A DNA stretch of 64,000 nt. It comes from Haliotis rubra. Its lineage: Eukaryota. A program made the position numbers and the translations under genes. The DNA lies in the NCBI RefSeq assembly GCF_003918875.1, contig NW_025766002.1, forward strand, positions 1,302,001 to 1,366,000. The letters are read 5' to 3'. Shown here one piece after another: positions 35,982-48,561 of this stretch (positions within the stretch are counted from its first letter, which is position 1; each line of letters opens with the position of its first letter). The notes under the pieces are model-generated. The model saw nothing but the letters and a program-made list of their open reading frames with translations. It searched no databases and had not been told where the DNA came from.

Positions 35982-37421
35982 ATGAATTACATATCATTTG
36001 TGTGCCTTATCGTGACCTCAGTTCTCTGTGAATGTGCAGAGAAACCTCACATTATATTTATTGTCGCCGATGACCTGGGATGGAACGATGTTGGCTATCG
36101 GAATCCTCAAATGATCACACCTAACCTGGACAGACTGGCCAAAGCGGGAGTCATCCTCAACTCTTCCTACGTCCAACCTTTGTGTTCACCCTCAAGAAAC
36201 TGCTTTATGTCGGGGTATTTCCCCTATCACACTGGACTACAGGATGACGTTATTGCCGTAAACGAAGCAAAACACCTACCGGCCAATCTAACAACAATTC
36301 CTCAGAAACTGAAACAACTTGGCTATGATGCTCACATGGTTGGGAAGTGGCACCTTGGCTTCTGTAACTGGAAGTATACACCCACAGAGAGAGGCTTTGA
36401 CTCCTATCTTGGATACTACTCTGGTGCAGAGGAGTATTTTACCCACATCCATCAGAGATCAAGCGAAGTGGGGCTGGATTTTCGCTTTAACAAGACTGTC
36501 TATAGAGACGCCAATGGAACGTATTCTGCTAATGTGTTTGCAGACAGAGCTATTGAAATCATTAGAAGTCATGACAACAGTAAGCCACTTTATCTGTACC
36601 TTCCATTCCAGTCTGTACATGAACCTCTTGAGGTTCCAGCTAAATATGAAAACATGTACAAGAACATAGAAACCATAAGCAGAAGGGTCTATTGTGGAAT
36701 GGTGAGTGCGTTAGACGAAGCTGTTGGTAATATCACTCAGGTATTAGAAGAAAACGGTCTCATGGACAATCTACTGTTGGTCTTTACAACAGATAATGGT
36801 GGGCCTACATATACAGCATCTAATAACTTGCCTTTACGGGGAGCCAAAAATACTCTCTGGGAAGGTGGGACGAAAGGAACTGGATTCATCTACAGTAAAA
36901 ACCTTCTGAAGAAGACAGGCTACCTCAACACTGGAATGATGCATGCTGTGGACTGGTACCCGACATTGGTGGAGTTGGCTGGTGGAGAAAACACAGATCC
37001 CAACATGGACGGAGTCAGTCAGTACGACATGCTCATCAATGGTGGACCCAGCAAGCGGAATGAGTTCGTCTACAACATCTATGACGACAGGGAAGCAGCA
37101 GCTATCAGGTTTGGAGATCTCAAACTCATGCAAGGGAGTCCAGGAGATCACAATGGTTGGGCTCCTTTGCCACATTTGGGAATTGATGAAGGTGTCTATG
37201 AAGCTGATAACCAAGTGTTCCCTCCCTTCATGCTCTACAACATTACTGCAGATCCAACCGAACACTTCGACCTCTCAGCCAAGTACCCTGATCTACTGGA
37301 CATGATGAAGAAGAGGCTGGAGAACTGGAAGAAATCCCGTGTCCCTGCTCAGGACCCTTCTCCTGTTCCAAAAGCGAACCCAAAATACTATGGTGGTGTT
37401 TGGAGTCCTGGATGGTGCTAA
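35982..37421 (+). CDS. Arylsulfatase B-like copy 7 (479 aa)
   Basis: ATG at 35982, signal peptide MNYISFVCLIVTSVLCEC, all motifs intact. Confidence 0.95.
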   Translation: MNYISFVCLIVTSVLCECAEKPHIIFIVADDLGWNDVGYRNPQMITPNLDRLAKAGVILNSSYVQPLCSPSRNCFMSGYFPYHTGLQDDVIAVNEAKHLPANLTTIPQKLKQLGYDAHMVGKWHLGFCNWKYTPTERGFDSYLGYYSGAEEYFTHIHQRSSEVGLDFRFNKTVYRDANGTYSANVFADRAIEIIRSHDNSKPLYLYLPFQSVHEPLEVPAKYENMYKNIETISRRVYCGMVSALDEAVGNITQVLEENGLMDNLLLVFTTDNGGPTYTASNNLPLRGAKNTLWEGGTKGTGFIYSKNLLKKTGYLNTGMMHAVDWYPTLVELAGGENTDPNMDGVSQYDMLINGGPSKRNEFVYNIYDDREAAAIRFGDLKLMQGSPGDHNGWAPLPHLGIDEGVYEADNQVFPPFMLYNITADPTEHFDLSAKYPDLLDMMKKRLENWKKSRVPAQDPSPVPKANPKYYGGVWSPGWC

Positions 37422-38793
37422 ACAAACTAGGATGGGATACACATTAAAGGTGCAAGGAATATGTTTGCATCAGATTTTCTGTAAATATTTTTGTCATGGG
37501 CTGCTTTTGCCAACTGTGGTGTTATTTACGACAATTTGGTGAAATATGTATAAAAATAATAAATAGTGTATCGATCTATACATTTGAGTCTGGATATTAT
37601 CTGGAGGGTTTTATCAGGTGAACCTTCCGTGAAGATCCCATGAGGTAAGTAAAAGAGACCGAGGCCAATGGGTGATGAATCAGACAGTCAATAAGGTGAT
37701 AAGACATCCTGTAATGCATGTCATTCAGTCGCCTGTGTCGTATACATTGTTGGAGTTTTGCTAAAAGCACGCTCACTCCCGCAATTAACCATTCACCTAC
37801 TCACTCTCTCACGCACCTACTTACTGTTGATGTCTGGGTATTAAAATAGAAGCATGCGGATTCAAATAGATTACATTTTCGTGAGTGAGTGTGGTTTTAA
37901 CAAGTATCCAAAAATATCACGACAGGGGACATCACACTTTGTACTCGAAAACCGGATCTTCGACGTGACGAGGAAACCACTAGACTTTCCCACCGTCCCT
38001 TGATATTTTGTGATTTATTTACCAATTGACAACTTGCGTTGACAAGTATTGCGTTTGATGATGTTTACCTTAATCATGCGAAGCTTGCATCCCTTAGTTA
38101 AATATACCCTGGAAATTGCCTTTAGGCTTTACTGTCCCTGATATAGCTTCAATACTGTTCAAAAAGATGGCGGTAAGCTCAACTCACTCACTCTGAAACA
38201 TCCTTGTAATAGAAATAGGAATTAGTGCCCCAGTGAATAGATTGCTATATTGACAGTTGACTGAAAGGAAAACAGTTTCGAACAGTTTAGAGGCTCGTCG
38301 TCGTTGGTCATTTACATGTACAAGACATCAATTGAAGAGTTGTGTCCGTGAAACATTAACACTGTACTGCTAGAAGGTGTCATCTTGAAGTAGCCATAAA
38401 TATAAAGCCATGTCCGTAGCCATGCAACACTTGTACAAGAGTTCAAGCGTGGGTTTATAAATAACAGTCTAAAAGTATATCAAAGATCATTTGAAGTTTC
38501 AGGCATGTATCACACAATCTGAAGAAAAATTTACTATCTCGACTAAAACCAATATATTATTATAGAGATGGATGTCGTTAGAAATGTTGCTAAATTGTTA
38601 CAATTTTACGGCTATGAACGTAAGTTGTTTCAATTAAAACGCGTTAAGAAATGTATGACTTATTGATGCAGTATCCACAGGTCTAAAGGAATGTGGTTCT
38701 GCATTAGTTTAACTGTTACTTATAATGTCGGCCGGCAGAAAATTATATTACCATCGGCTGCTGCAATGGTAGCACAAAAGCCCTTGCTTCTGC

Positions 38794-39390
38794 ATTCTAA
38801 ATAATCTCCAGAGTGTACATCTCAATAAATCTCCACTACTGTAGTACCCTGAATGCATCTAGGCTTCGGCCCGATAATTGTATCACCTTCCTTTGCTGGC
38901 TTCGCCTTCTCACAGTAGCCAGTCAGATAAGCCATTACCACCGAGCTTGCCATTGTCAACAAAGATAGCCGCCGCGGCCGCGAAGGCAAATTGACAGGTC
39001 TGAAACCCTAGAAAAATATATGCAAGAACTCTTTCTAGCTCTTTCAGGGTAGGAGCTGTGGGGTAGCCTAGTCGTTAAAACGTTCGCTCGTCACGCCGAA
39101 GACCCGAGTTCGATTCCCCACATGGGTATAATGTGTGAAGCCCATTTCTGATGTCTCCCGCCCTGATATTGCTTGAATATTGCTAAAAGCGGCGTAAAAC
39201 AAATCTCACTCACTCACTCTTTCAGGGTACCTCTGCAACAAGTGAGTTATGATAGAAGCCTTGTGATCGGTACGCTCAACTTTCCAGCGTAGACACCTGA
39301 TTGGATAAAAAGCCATCAAGGTAATAGAATTATCCAGAATGCATCCAGGGTACTAGTGGAGATTTATCGCAATTTATCGAGATTATGTTG
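38794..39390. mobile_element. Non-autonomous element with internal inverted repeats (duplicated at about 42863-43455)
   Basis: Absent at the homologous sites 51672-51700 and 56760. Flanked by ttctgca repeats. IR cgataaatctccactagtaccctggatg / catccagggtactagtggagatttatcg (42891 / 43405 in the second copy). Confidence 0.65.
39052..39216 (+). mobile_element. SINE family A
   Basis: Full-length body, (cact)n tail, 13-bp TSD ctctttcagggta. Confidence 0.9.
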
Positions 39391-40042
39391 TTTCTGCAGT
39401 GAAAATAAAACTCGCATCAGTACACGTATCACTATTTGTACGAGCCGGTATTTCCCCTTGAAGAATACCCTAAACAAATACAGAGCTTCAAACCCCAAAG
39501 AGAAAAAGATTGAAAGGGACGCACTCCCCGAAGACCTCCCTCCCAAAGAATAATTCCCTACTCTGAAAAGTCATTAAAATCAATCATGTATTCAGACTAT
39601 TTGTGTGTGTTTTTGTGGGGTTTTTTGGCGGATATATATTTTAATGATTCACGTGAACCTAGCTTGCCATGAGATTTATCAGTTTCTTCTTGAGAATGTG
39701 ACGTGAGTTGTACTGTAATAAATGCTTGAGTCTCAAGCCAGATGGGTGAGCGTTGGCAAGGAGGAAAATATGTTTGTGTCAATGGCTTTCATAGTGAAGG
39801 TGTAAAACCTGATATCATATCCTTCTAAAGCAATGACAATACAAAATTAACACTGGGGTTTCTAGCCACGAGATGTTCAATCTAGACTGCTTTCTTTAAT
39901 GCGTGGTGTGGAATGTGTCTATGTAAGCATTCCTTCCGATGATAAGAATACCAGCTGACAAAAATACAGTTATTCGCGAGTCACGTTATCTTTGGAAGAA
40001 CCCTTATACACGACACTGTTCTGTCGCGCACAGCACATAAAC

Positions 40043-41482
40043 ATGAATTACATATCATTTGTGTGCCTTATCGTGACCTCAGTCGTCTGTGAATGTGCAG
40101 AGAAACCTCACATTATATTTATTGTCGCCGATGACCTGGGATGGAACGATGTTGGCTATCGGAATCCTCAAATGATCACACCTAACCTGGACAGACTGGC
40201 CAAAGCGGGAGTCATCCTCAACTCTTCCTACGTCCAGCCTTTGTGTTCACCCTCCAGAAACTGCTTTATGTCGGGATATTTCCCCTATCACACTGGACTA
40301 CAGGATGACGTTATTATCGTAAACGAAGCAAAACACCTACCGGCCAATCTAACAACAATCCCTCAGAAACTGAAACAACTTGGCTATGATGCTCACATGG
40401 TTGGGAAGTGGCATCTTGGCTTCTGTAACTGGAAGTATACACCCACAGAAAGAGGCTTTGACTCCTATCTTGGATACTACTCTGGTGCAGAGGAGTATTT
40501 TACCCACATCAATCAGAGATCAAGCGAAGTGGGGCTGGATTTTCGCTATAACAAGACTGTGCATAGAGACGCCAATGGAACGTATTCTGCTAATGTGTTT
40601 GCAGACAGAGCTATTGAAATCATTAGAAGTCATGACAACAGTAAGCCACTTTATCTGTACCTTCCATTCCAGTCGGTACATGCACCTCTTGAGGTTCCTC
40701 CTAAATATGAAAACATGTACAAGAACATAGAAACCATAAGCAGAAGGGTCTATTGTGGAATGGTGAGTGCGTTAGACGAAGCTGTTGGTAATATCACTCA
40801 GGCATTAGAAGAAAAAGGTCTCATGGACAATCTACTGTTGGTCTTTACAACAGATAATGGTGGGCCTACATATACAGCATCTAATAACTTGCCTTTACGC
40901 GGCGCCAAAAATACTCTCTGGGAAGGGGGAACGAAAGGAACTGGATTCATCTACAGTAAAAACCTTCTGAAGAAGACAGGCTACCTCAACACTGGAATGA
41001 TGCATGCTGTGGACTGGTACCCGACCTTGGTGGAGTTGGCTGGTGGAGAAAACACAGATCCCAACATGGACGGAGTCAGTCAGTACGACATGCTCATCAA
41101 TGGTGGACCCAGCAAGCGGAATGAGTTCGTCTACAACATCTATGACGACAGGGAAGCAGCAGCAATCAGGTACGGAGATCTCAAACTCATGCAAGGGAGT
41201 CCAGGAGATCACAATGGTTGGGCTCCTTTGCCACATCTAGGAATAGGTGAAGGTGTCTATGAAGCTGATAACCAAACATTCCCTCCCTTCATGCTCTACA
41301 ACATTACTGCAGATCCAACCGAACACTTCGACCTCTCAGCCAAGTACCCTGATCTACTGGACATGATGAAGAAGAGGCTGGAGAACTGGAAGAAATCCCG
41401 TGTCCCGGCCCAGGACCCTTCTCCTGTTCCAAGAGCGAACCCGAAATACTATGGTGGTGTTTGGAGTCCTGGATGGTGCTAA
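40043..41482 (+). CDS. Arylsulfatase B-like copy 8 (479 aa)
   Basis: ATG at 40043, all motifs intact, sister of copy 7. Confidence 0.95.
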   Translation: MNYISFVCLIVTSVVCECAEKPHIIFIVADDLGWNDVGYRNPQMITPNLDRLAKAGVILNSSYVQPLCSPSRNCFMSGYFPYHTGLQDDVIIVNEAKHLPANLTTIPQKLKQLGYDAHMVGKWHLGFCNWKYTPTERGFDSYLGYYSGAEEYFTHINQRSSEVGLDFRYNKTVHRDANGTYSANVFADRAIEIIRSHDNSKPLYLYLPFQSVHAPLEVPPKYENMYKNIETISRRVYCGMVSALDEAVGNITQALEEKGLMDNLLLVFTTDNGGPTYTASNNLPLRGAKNTLWEGGTKGTGFIYSKNLLKKTGYLNTGMMHAVDWYPTLVELAGGENTDPNMDGVSQYDMLINGGPSKRNEFVYNIYDDREAAAIRYGDLKLMQGSPGDHNGWAPLPHLGIGEGVYEADNQTFPPFMLYNITADPTEHFDLSAKYPDLLDMMKKRLENWKKSRVPAQDPSPVPRANPKYYGGVWSPGWC

Positions 41483-43114
41483 ACAAACTAGGATGGGATA
41501 CACATTAAAGGTGCAAGGCATATTTTTGCATCAGATTTTCTGTAAATGTTTTTGGCATGGGCTGCTTTTGCCAACTGCGGTTCTATTTACGGCAATTTGG
41601 TGAAATATGTATAAAAATAATAAATAGTGTATCGATCTATACATTTGAGTCTGGATTTTATCTGGATTTTTTCATCAGGTGAACCTTCCGTGAAGATCCC
41701 ATGAGGTAAGTAAAAAGAGACCGAGGCCAATGGGTGGTGAATCAGACAGTCAATAAGGTGATAAGACATCCTGTAATGCATGTCATTCAGTCGCCTGTGT
41801 CGTATACATTGTTGGAGTTTTGCTAAAAGCACGCTCGCTCCCGCAATTAACCATTCACCTACTCACTCTCTCACGCACCTACTTACTGTTGATGTCTGGA
41901 TATTAAAATAGAAGCATGCGGATTCAAATAGATTACATTTTCGTGAGTGAGTGTGGTTTTAACAAGTATCCAAAAATATCACGACAGGGAACATCAGGCT
42001 TCACACTTTGTACTCGAAAACCGGATCTTCGACGTGACGAGGAAACCACTAGACTTTCCCACCGTCCCTTGATATTTTGTGATTTATTTAGCAATTGACA
42101 ACTTGCGTTGACAAGTATTGCGTTTGATGATGTTTACCTTAGTCATGCGAAGCTTGCATCCCTTAGTTAAATATACTCTGGAAATTGCCTTTAGGCTTTA
42201 CTGTCCCTGATATAGCTTCAATACTGTTCAAAAAGATGGCGGTAAGCTCAACTCACTCACTCTGAAACATCCTTGTAATAGAAATAGGAATTAGTGCCCC
42301 GGTGAATTGATTGCTATATTGACAGTTGACTGAAAGGAAAACAGTTTCGAACAGTTTAGAGGCTCGTCGTCGTTGGTCATTTACATGTACAAGACATCAA
42401 TTGAAGAGTTGTGTCCGTGAAACATTAACACTGTACTGCTGGAAGGTGTCACTTTGAAGTAGCCATAAATATAAAGCCATGTCCGTAGCCATGCAACACT
42501 TGTACAAGAGTTCAAGCGTGGGTTTATAAATAACAGTCTAAAAGTATATCAAAGATCATTTGAAGTTTCAGGCATGTATCACACAATCTGAAGAAAAATT
42601 TACTATCTCGACTAAAACCTACATATATTTTTATATAGATGGATGTCGTTAGAAATGTTGCGAAATTGTTACAATTTTACGGCTATGAACGTAAGTTGTT
42701 TCAACTTAAACTTAAGAAATGTATGACTTACTGATGCAGTATCCACAGGTCTAAAGGAATGTGGTTCTGCATTAGTTTAACTGTTACTTATAATGTCGGC
42801 CGGCAGAAAATTATATTACCATCGGCTGCTGCAATGGTAGCACAAAAGCCCTTGCTTCTGCATCCTGAATAATCTCCAGGGTGTACATCCCGATAAATCT
42901 CCACTAGTACCCTGGATGCGTCTAGGCTTCGGCCCGATAATTGTATCACCTTCCTTTGCTGGCTACGCCTTCTCACAGTAGCCAGTCAGATAAGCCATTA
43001 CCACCGAGCTTGCCATTGTCAACAAAGATAGCCGCCGCGGCCGCGAAGGCAAATCGACAGGTCTGAAACCCTAGAAAAATATATGCAAGAACTCTTTCTA
43101 GCTCTTTCAGGGTA

Positions 43115-43279
43115 GGAGCTGTGGGGTAGCCTAGTCGTTAAAACGTTCGCTCGTCACGCCGAAGACCCGAGTTCGATTCCCCACATGGGTATAATGTGTG
43201 AAGCCCATTTCTGGTGTCTCCCGCCCTGATATTGCTTGAATATTGCTAAAAGCGGCGTAAAACAAATCTCACTCACTCA
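43115..43279 (+). mobile_element. SINE family A (duplicated with the segment)
   Basis: Same insertion and TSD as 39052-39216. Confidence 0.9.
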
Positions 43280-44494
43280 CTCTTTCAGGGTACCTCTGCA
43301 ACAAGTGAGTTATGATAGAAGCCTTGTGATCGGTACGCTCAACTTCCCAGCGTAGACACCTGATTGGATAAAAAGCCATCAAGGTAATAGAATTATTCAG
43401 GATACATCCAGGGTACTAGTGGAGATTTATCGCAATTTATCGAGATTATGTTGTTTCTGCAGTGAAAATAAAACTCGCATCAGTACACGTATCACTATTT
43501 GTACGAGCCGGTATTTCCCCTTGAAGAATACCCTAAACAAATACAGAGCTTCAAACCCCAAAGAGAAAAAGATTGAAAGGGACGCACTCCCCGAAGACCT
43601 CCTTTCCCAAAGAATAATTCCCTACTCTGAAAAGTCATTAAAATCAATCATGTATTCAGACTATTTGTGTGTGGGTTTTTGTGTGTTTTTTGGGGCGGAT
43701 ATATATTTTAATGATTCACGTGAACCCAGCTTGCCATGAGATTTATCATGTTTCTTCTTGAGAGCGTGACGTGAGTTGTACTGTAATAAATGCTTGAGAC
43801 TCAAGCCAGATGGGTGAGCGTTGGCAAGGAGGAAAATATGTTCTAACCAAATTTCATTTATACTGTCTTCTTTGACATCAAATTCAAATTAAAGAGTTTC
43901 TGTATGAAGACGTTGATGAAGGTTATGAGAAATTGTAACTGACATATTTGACTAATCACTGATCTGGAACTAACTGTCAACATCAAATTCATGTACACAT
44001 GTTATCATTACCTGATGTGCCAACATGCCGTTATATTCTCTAATACATGTATCGATATTTCTTTATTTAATCAGTAACTGCCCAACAAACATCCTTCAGT
44101 CCCATCTTTTATCGTCATGGCCAATCGAGACAATAGTACATTCAATAACAAGAGACATAGCCCATCAGTAATCATATAAAATCTCTGCTGAAAGCAATGT
44201 CAATTGTACCGATTCCCACTATACTGTAAGGGTGGTCCTGAAATTCGCTATCTTGAAAATTCATCGTTAACCAGTAAGCCCGATATTGCAAAAAAACAAC
44301 ACTTGGTGAAACTTTGGCAAAACATTCATCCTCATGTAATTATGTTCCTCAATTCAAAAAGTAGCAAAACCCGTAAGAAAAACCTATTAACTAGAGTTAG
44401 ATAATTTGGAAGGTTATAATGAAATATTTCCTTTTCATGAGCAGCATGGTGTTCTTGTACAAGCTCACGATACTGCTTCAGGGGCTGATAACAT

Positions 44495-44785
44495 AAGTAT
44501 TCCTGAAGGTCTTCGGAAATCATTGTCCCACTACCTAAACCTGGACGTTATCATACGGATCCTTTAAGTTATCAATCAGTTTCATTAACAAGCTGCGTTT
44601 GCAAAACATCGAACGCTTTATAAATAATCGGAATTAGTTTGGTACTTGGAAACCAACAATCTACTTACTAATAAACAATATGGTTTCCGTAAAAAGATCA
44701 TTTAGTGCGCTCAGAATCATTTGTAAAAAAAAGCCATAATTAATGGAAAACATGTAGTGTCTATCTTTTTCCACCTTTAAAAGAA
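44495..44785 (+). mobile_element. I-group (Nimb/Ingi-like) LINE RT fragment
   Basis: Degenerate IIVPLPKPG...YQSVSLTSCVCKT..LVWYLETNNLL...QYGFRK...DHLVR...VSIFF. Confidence 0.7.
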
Positions 44786-46401
44786 ATGGAATTTACTGAT
44801 AAATTTTGAAAAACGCATATATTCCAAACTAGTAAGTAAAATAATAAATTTGGACGAAGGAATAAACAAATGTTAGCGACGGTACCTGAAAGGTGGTTGA
44901 AGTACTGTAAAATAATCCTAATGCAATGGACGTAAGATCAATTTCATTCAAAGTATTTTTCATTCTCATTGTTCTTAGTCGTAGTATTTTTATTACTTTC
45001 AACTGGTTGGTTTATCTGTCTGATCATCGCAAGTAGGCAAATGGATGGTTTAAATACAGCTTGGTTACCATGCAGGTAACAGAAGTATCCAAAGTCCTTA
45101 GTGATTATATACCTGTGTCAAATATCTACCTGTGATTTCTAGTTCTTTTACTGTCCTTTCTGGGCTTATAAATCACCATCACACAGTGATGATATCAAGT
45201 TGTAAGGGAAAAGGTGATCGTACGATGTCCCATCCATGGCACTGGTACAAACACATGCAAAGGAATGGCAATTGTTCACCCGAACACACCCAAATGTATC
45301 GTACATAATTTCTGTCCCTCTTACATTCCATTTTGAAATACAAAGATGTTATCAATTAGGAAGTTCATCATTTCATCTAGTAGGTTTTTTTTGTTAAATA
45401 CATTTCAAATGAAAGTTACATTCTTTTCTTGACATGTTTTTCGAAACCTTTGAAGATGGACATGTAACTACTAATATAGAAGTACATGGTCCCCACGTTC
45501 AGTGATAAAAGGCACATACATAATGGAATGCAGTTTTTATTAAGTCTGTTGTGCGAGATGGTGGTTTACAAATATGAAAATCATATGTTTTGACACCGTT
45601 GAATATTGTACTTATCAGAAATTACAAGCAGAGGTTATGAGAATCCTCAGAACATTGTTTATGTTTGTCTGAAATACTTTCAGCGTTTATAATGTTGTTG
45701 AAGAGTGCGCTCGTCACGCCAAACATCCGGGCCCTATTCCCACATGTGATGCAAATTTCTGGTGTCCCAACCCGTGATATTGCTAAACCTGGCGTTAACC
45801 CCCTCTGCTCACTCACTCACACACCCACTCACTCACTGCTTCAGAGCATTAGAATTTTTGGTTAATCCTCTTGTACATTTGCTCGACACAGTAATTAATC
45901 TCTCTTTGTGCTTTTGTTTCTACAGTTTTCAGTTTCCAGCTCAAAAGTAAAATGAGTTATAGACACAAGTCAAGAGTTGATAGTAATGACGCATTGATTT
46001 CTAACAGTTTGTGCAATTCTGAAAGTCACACAAACTTTTAGGTTGCAGTGAAAATGTAAGCATGTTACATATTCAGTGACCCGCCGTGATGTTGCTGGAA
46101 TATTAATAAAAGCGGCGTAAAACCAAACTGACTCACTCACTCACCCATATTCAGTGACTAATTCCTGATATCCAAAAATCTCGTGATCATGACCGTGCAA
46201 AATTAATATTGCGCTTTTTAGCGTCTATATGTACAATGTGGATTGTTCTTTTTACAATGCGTGATATAATCAGTCTGGAATGTGTCCATGTAAGGATTTC
46301 TTCCAATGATAAGAATTCAAATTCAGGTAAGGCACGTGTCACGTTATCTTCGAAAGATCTCTTATATACGACTGCGTTTCACTGCATACACCAGACACAA
46401 C

Positions 46402-47844
46402 ATGCATTTCACATCAACTGTATGCCTTCTTTTGGCTTCAGTTTTCTGTGAGTGTGCAGAGAAACCCCACATTGTGTTTATAGTTGCTGATGACCTCGGA
46501 TGGAATGATGTTGGATTTCGGAACCCTCAAATGATCACCCCTAACCTTGACAGACTGGCCAAAGCGGGAGTCATTCTCAACTCTTCTTATGTCCAACCTT
46601 TGTGTTCACCCTCCAGAAACTGTTTCATGTCAGGATATTTCCCCTATCACACAGGACTACAAGATGACGTTATTGTGGTAAACGAAGCAAAACACCTACC
46701 GGCCAATCTAACAACAATCCCTCAGAAACTGAAACAACTTGGCTATGACACTCACATGGTTGGGAAGTGGCATCTTGGTTTCTGTAACTGGAAGTATACA
46801 CCCACAGAGAGAGGCTTTGACTCCTATCTTGGATATTACTCTGGAATGGAGTATTATTTTAACCACACGAGAACGGAAGGCAAAGATGAAGTAGGACTGG
46901 ATTTTCGCTATAACAAGACTGCCTACAGAGACGCCAATGGAACCTATTCTGCAAACGTGTTTGCAGACAGAGCTATTGAAATCATTCAGAACCACGACAA
47001 CAGTAAGCGACTTTATCTGTACCTTCCATTCCAGTCTGTACATGCACCTCTTGAAGTTCCAGCTAAATATGAAAACATGTACAAGAACATAGAAACCATA
47101 AGCAGAAGGATCTATTGTGGAATGGTGAGTGCGTTAGACGAAGCTGTTGGTAATATCACTCAGGCATTAGAAGAAAAAGGTCTCATGGACAATCTACTGT
47201 TGGTCTTTACAACTGATAACGGTGGTCCCACGTTTAGAGCTGCTAATAACTTGCCTTTACGGGGATGCAAAAACACTCTCTGGGAAGGTGGAACGAAAGG
47301 AATTGGATTCATCTACAGTAAATCCCTTCTCAAGAAGACAGGCTACCTCAACACTGGAATGATGCATGCTGTGGACTGGTACCCGACATTGGTGGAGTTG
47401 GCTGGTGGAGAGAACACAGATCCCAACATGGACGGAGTCAGTCAGTACGACATGCTCATCAACGGCGGGCCCAGCAAGCGGAATGAGTTCGTCTACAACA
47501 TCTATGAGGACAGGGAAGCAGCTGCTATCAGGTTCGGAGATCTCAAGCTCATGCAAGGGAGTCCAGGAATTCACAATGGTTGGGCTCCTTTGCCACATCT
47601 GGGAATTGATGAAGGTGTCTATGAAGCTGATAACCTAGTGTTCCCTCCCTTCATGCTGTACAACATTACTGCAGATCCAACCGAACACTTCGACCTCTCA
47701 GCCAAGTATCCTGATCTACTGGACATGATGAAGAAGAGGCTGGAGAACTGGAAGAAATCCCGTGTCCCGGCCCAGGACCCTTCTCCTGTTCCAAGAGCGA
47801 ACCCCAAATACTATGACGGCGTATGGAGTCCTGGATGGTGTTGA
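46402..47844 (+). CDS. Arylsulfatase B-like copy 9 (480 aa)
   Basis: ATG at 46402 (caacATG), signal peptide MHFTSTVCLLLASVFCEC, all motifs intact. Confidence 0.95.
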   Translation: MHFTSTVCLLLASVFCECAEKPHIVFIVADDLGWNDVGFRNPQMITPNLDRLAKAGVILNSSYVQPLCSPSRNCFMSGYFPYHTGLQDDVIVVNEAKHLPANLTTIPQKLKQLGYDTHMVGKWHLGFCNWKYTPTERGFDSYLGYYSGMEYYFNHTRTEGKDEVGLDFRYNKTAYRDANGTYSANVFADRAIEIIQNHDNSKRLYLYLPFQSVHAPLEVPAKYENMYKNIETISRRIYCGMVSALDEAVGNITQALEEKGLMDNLLLVFTTDNGGPTFRAANNLPLRGCKNTLWEGGTKGIGFIYSKSLLKKTGYLNTGMMHAVDWYPTLVELAGGENTDPNMDGVSQYDMLINGGPSKRNEFVYNIYEDREAAAIRFGDLKLMQGSPGIHNGWAPLPHLGIDEGVYEADNLVFPPFMLYNITADPTEHFDLSAKYPDLLDMMKKRLENWKKSRVPAQDPSPVPRANPKYYDGVWSPGWC

Positions 47845-48279
47845 CACAAACTAGGATGGGATACATATAAAATATCTAAGATATACTTTTTCGCATTGAT
47901 TTTCTGCAAATGATATTGGAACAGACAGCAACTTTGCATGCGACTGTATTGTCTGTTAAAAAACATTTGGTGATTCCTTGAAAAATATGTAAACATAATA
48001 AATAGTGAAATGATACGTACTTTTGAGTCATGACATTACCTGGGTTTTTTTCTTCATTACGTGCATCTTCTCGTTTGGCGTAAGATGCGACCGGAGGCAT
48101 CGGCAGGTTAGACAATCAAAGTGATACAACATCCTATAGGATCATCTAGTCGCCTGAGGCACTGTAATTCATTGTGAAAAATTGCTTGAATATGTGTTTG
48201 ATTCCCTGTTGTGTTTAGGTATATATCATAAGAACATTACTAAAAGTGGCGTAAAAGCGAACGCTCTAACCACAAGCTC

Positions 48280-48281
<2 letters not shown>

Positions 48282-48338
<57 letters not shown>
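48282..48338. repeat. (AC)n microsatellite
   Basis: Pure AC run inside a SINE remnant. It is absent at the homologous positions after copies 10 and 11. Confidence 0.97.
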
Positions 48339-48343
<5 letters not shown>

Positions 48344-48561
48344 AATATTTTGTGAGAATTTGAGAGAAATTGCCTTAATTCAACTGACAATTTGTAAGCA
48401 TTACGTTGGATCACATTTACTTGAGTTATGCATAGTTTGCGTCCAATAGATGCGCTTCGATCGATAGGTAGAATTTCTAAGTCTCCCAATCGCCCTGCCT
48501 TGGCAGTAAATCAAAGAAATTCCAATTAGTCTTGGCTTTACTGTCCCATCATGTTGTGAAC

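Larger units (their letters stand above)
35713..43842 (+). repeat. Recent tandem segmental duplication, 2 x about 4.06 kb (units 35713-39774 and 39774-43842)
   Basis: Near-identical genes, flanks and nested TEs at an offset of 4061 bp at the start. The junction reads aaaatatgtt|tgtgtcaatgg. Confidence 0.95.
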
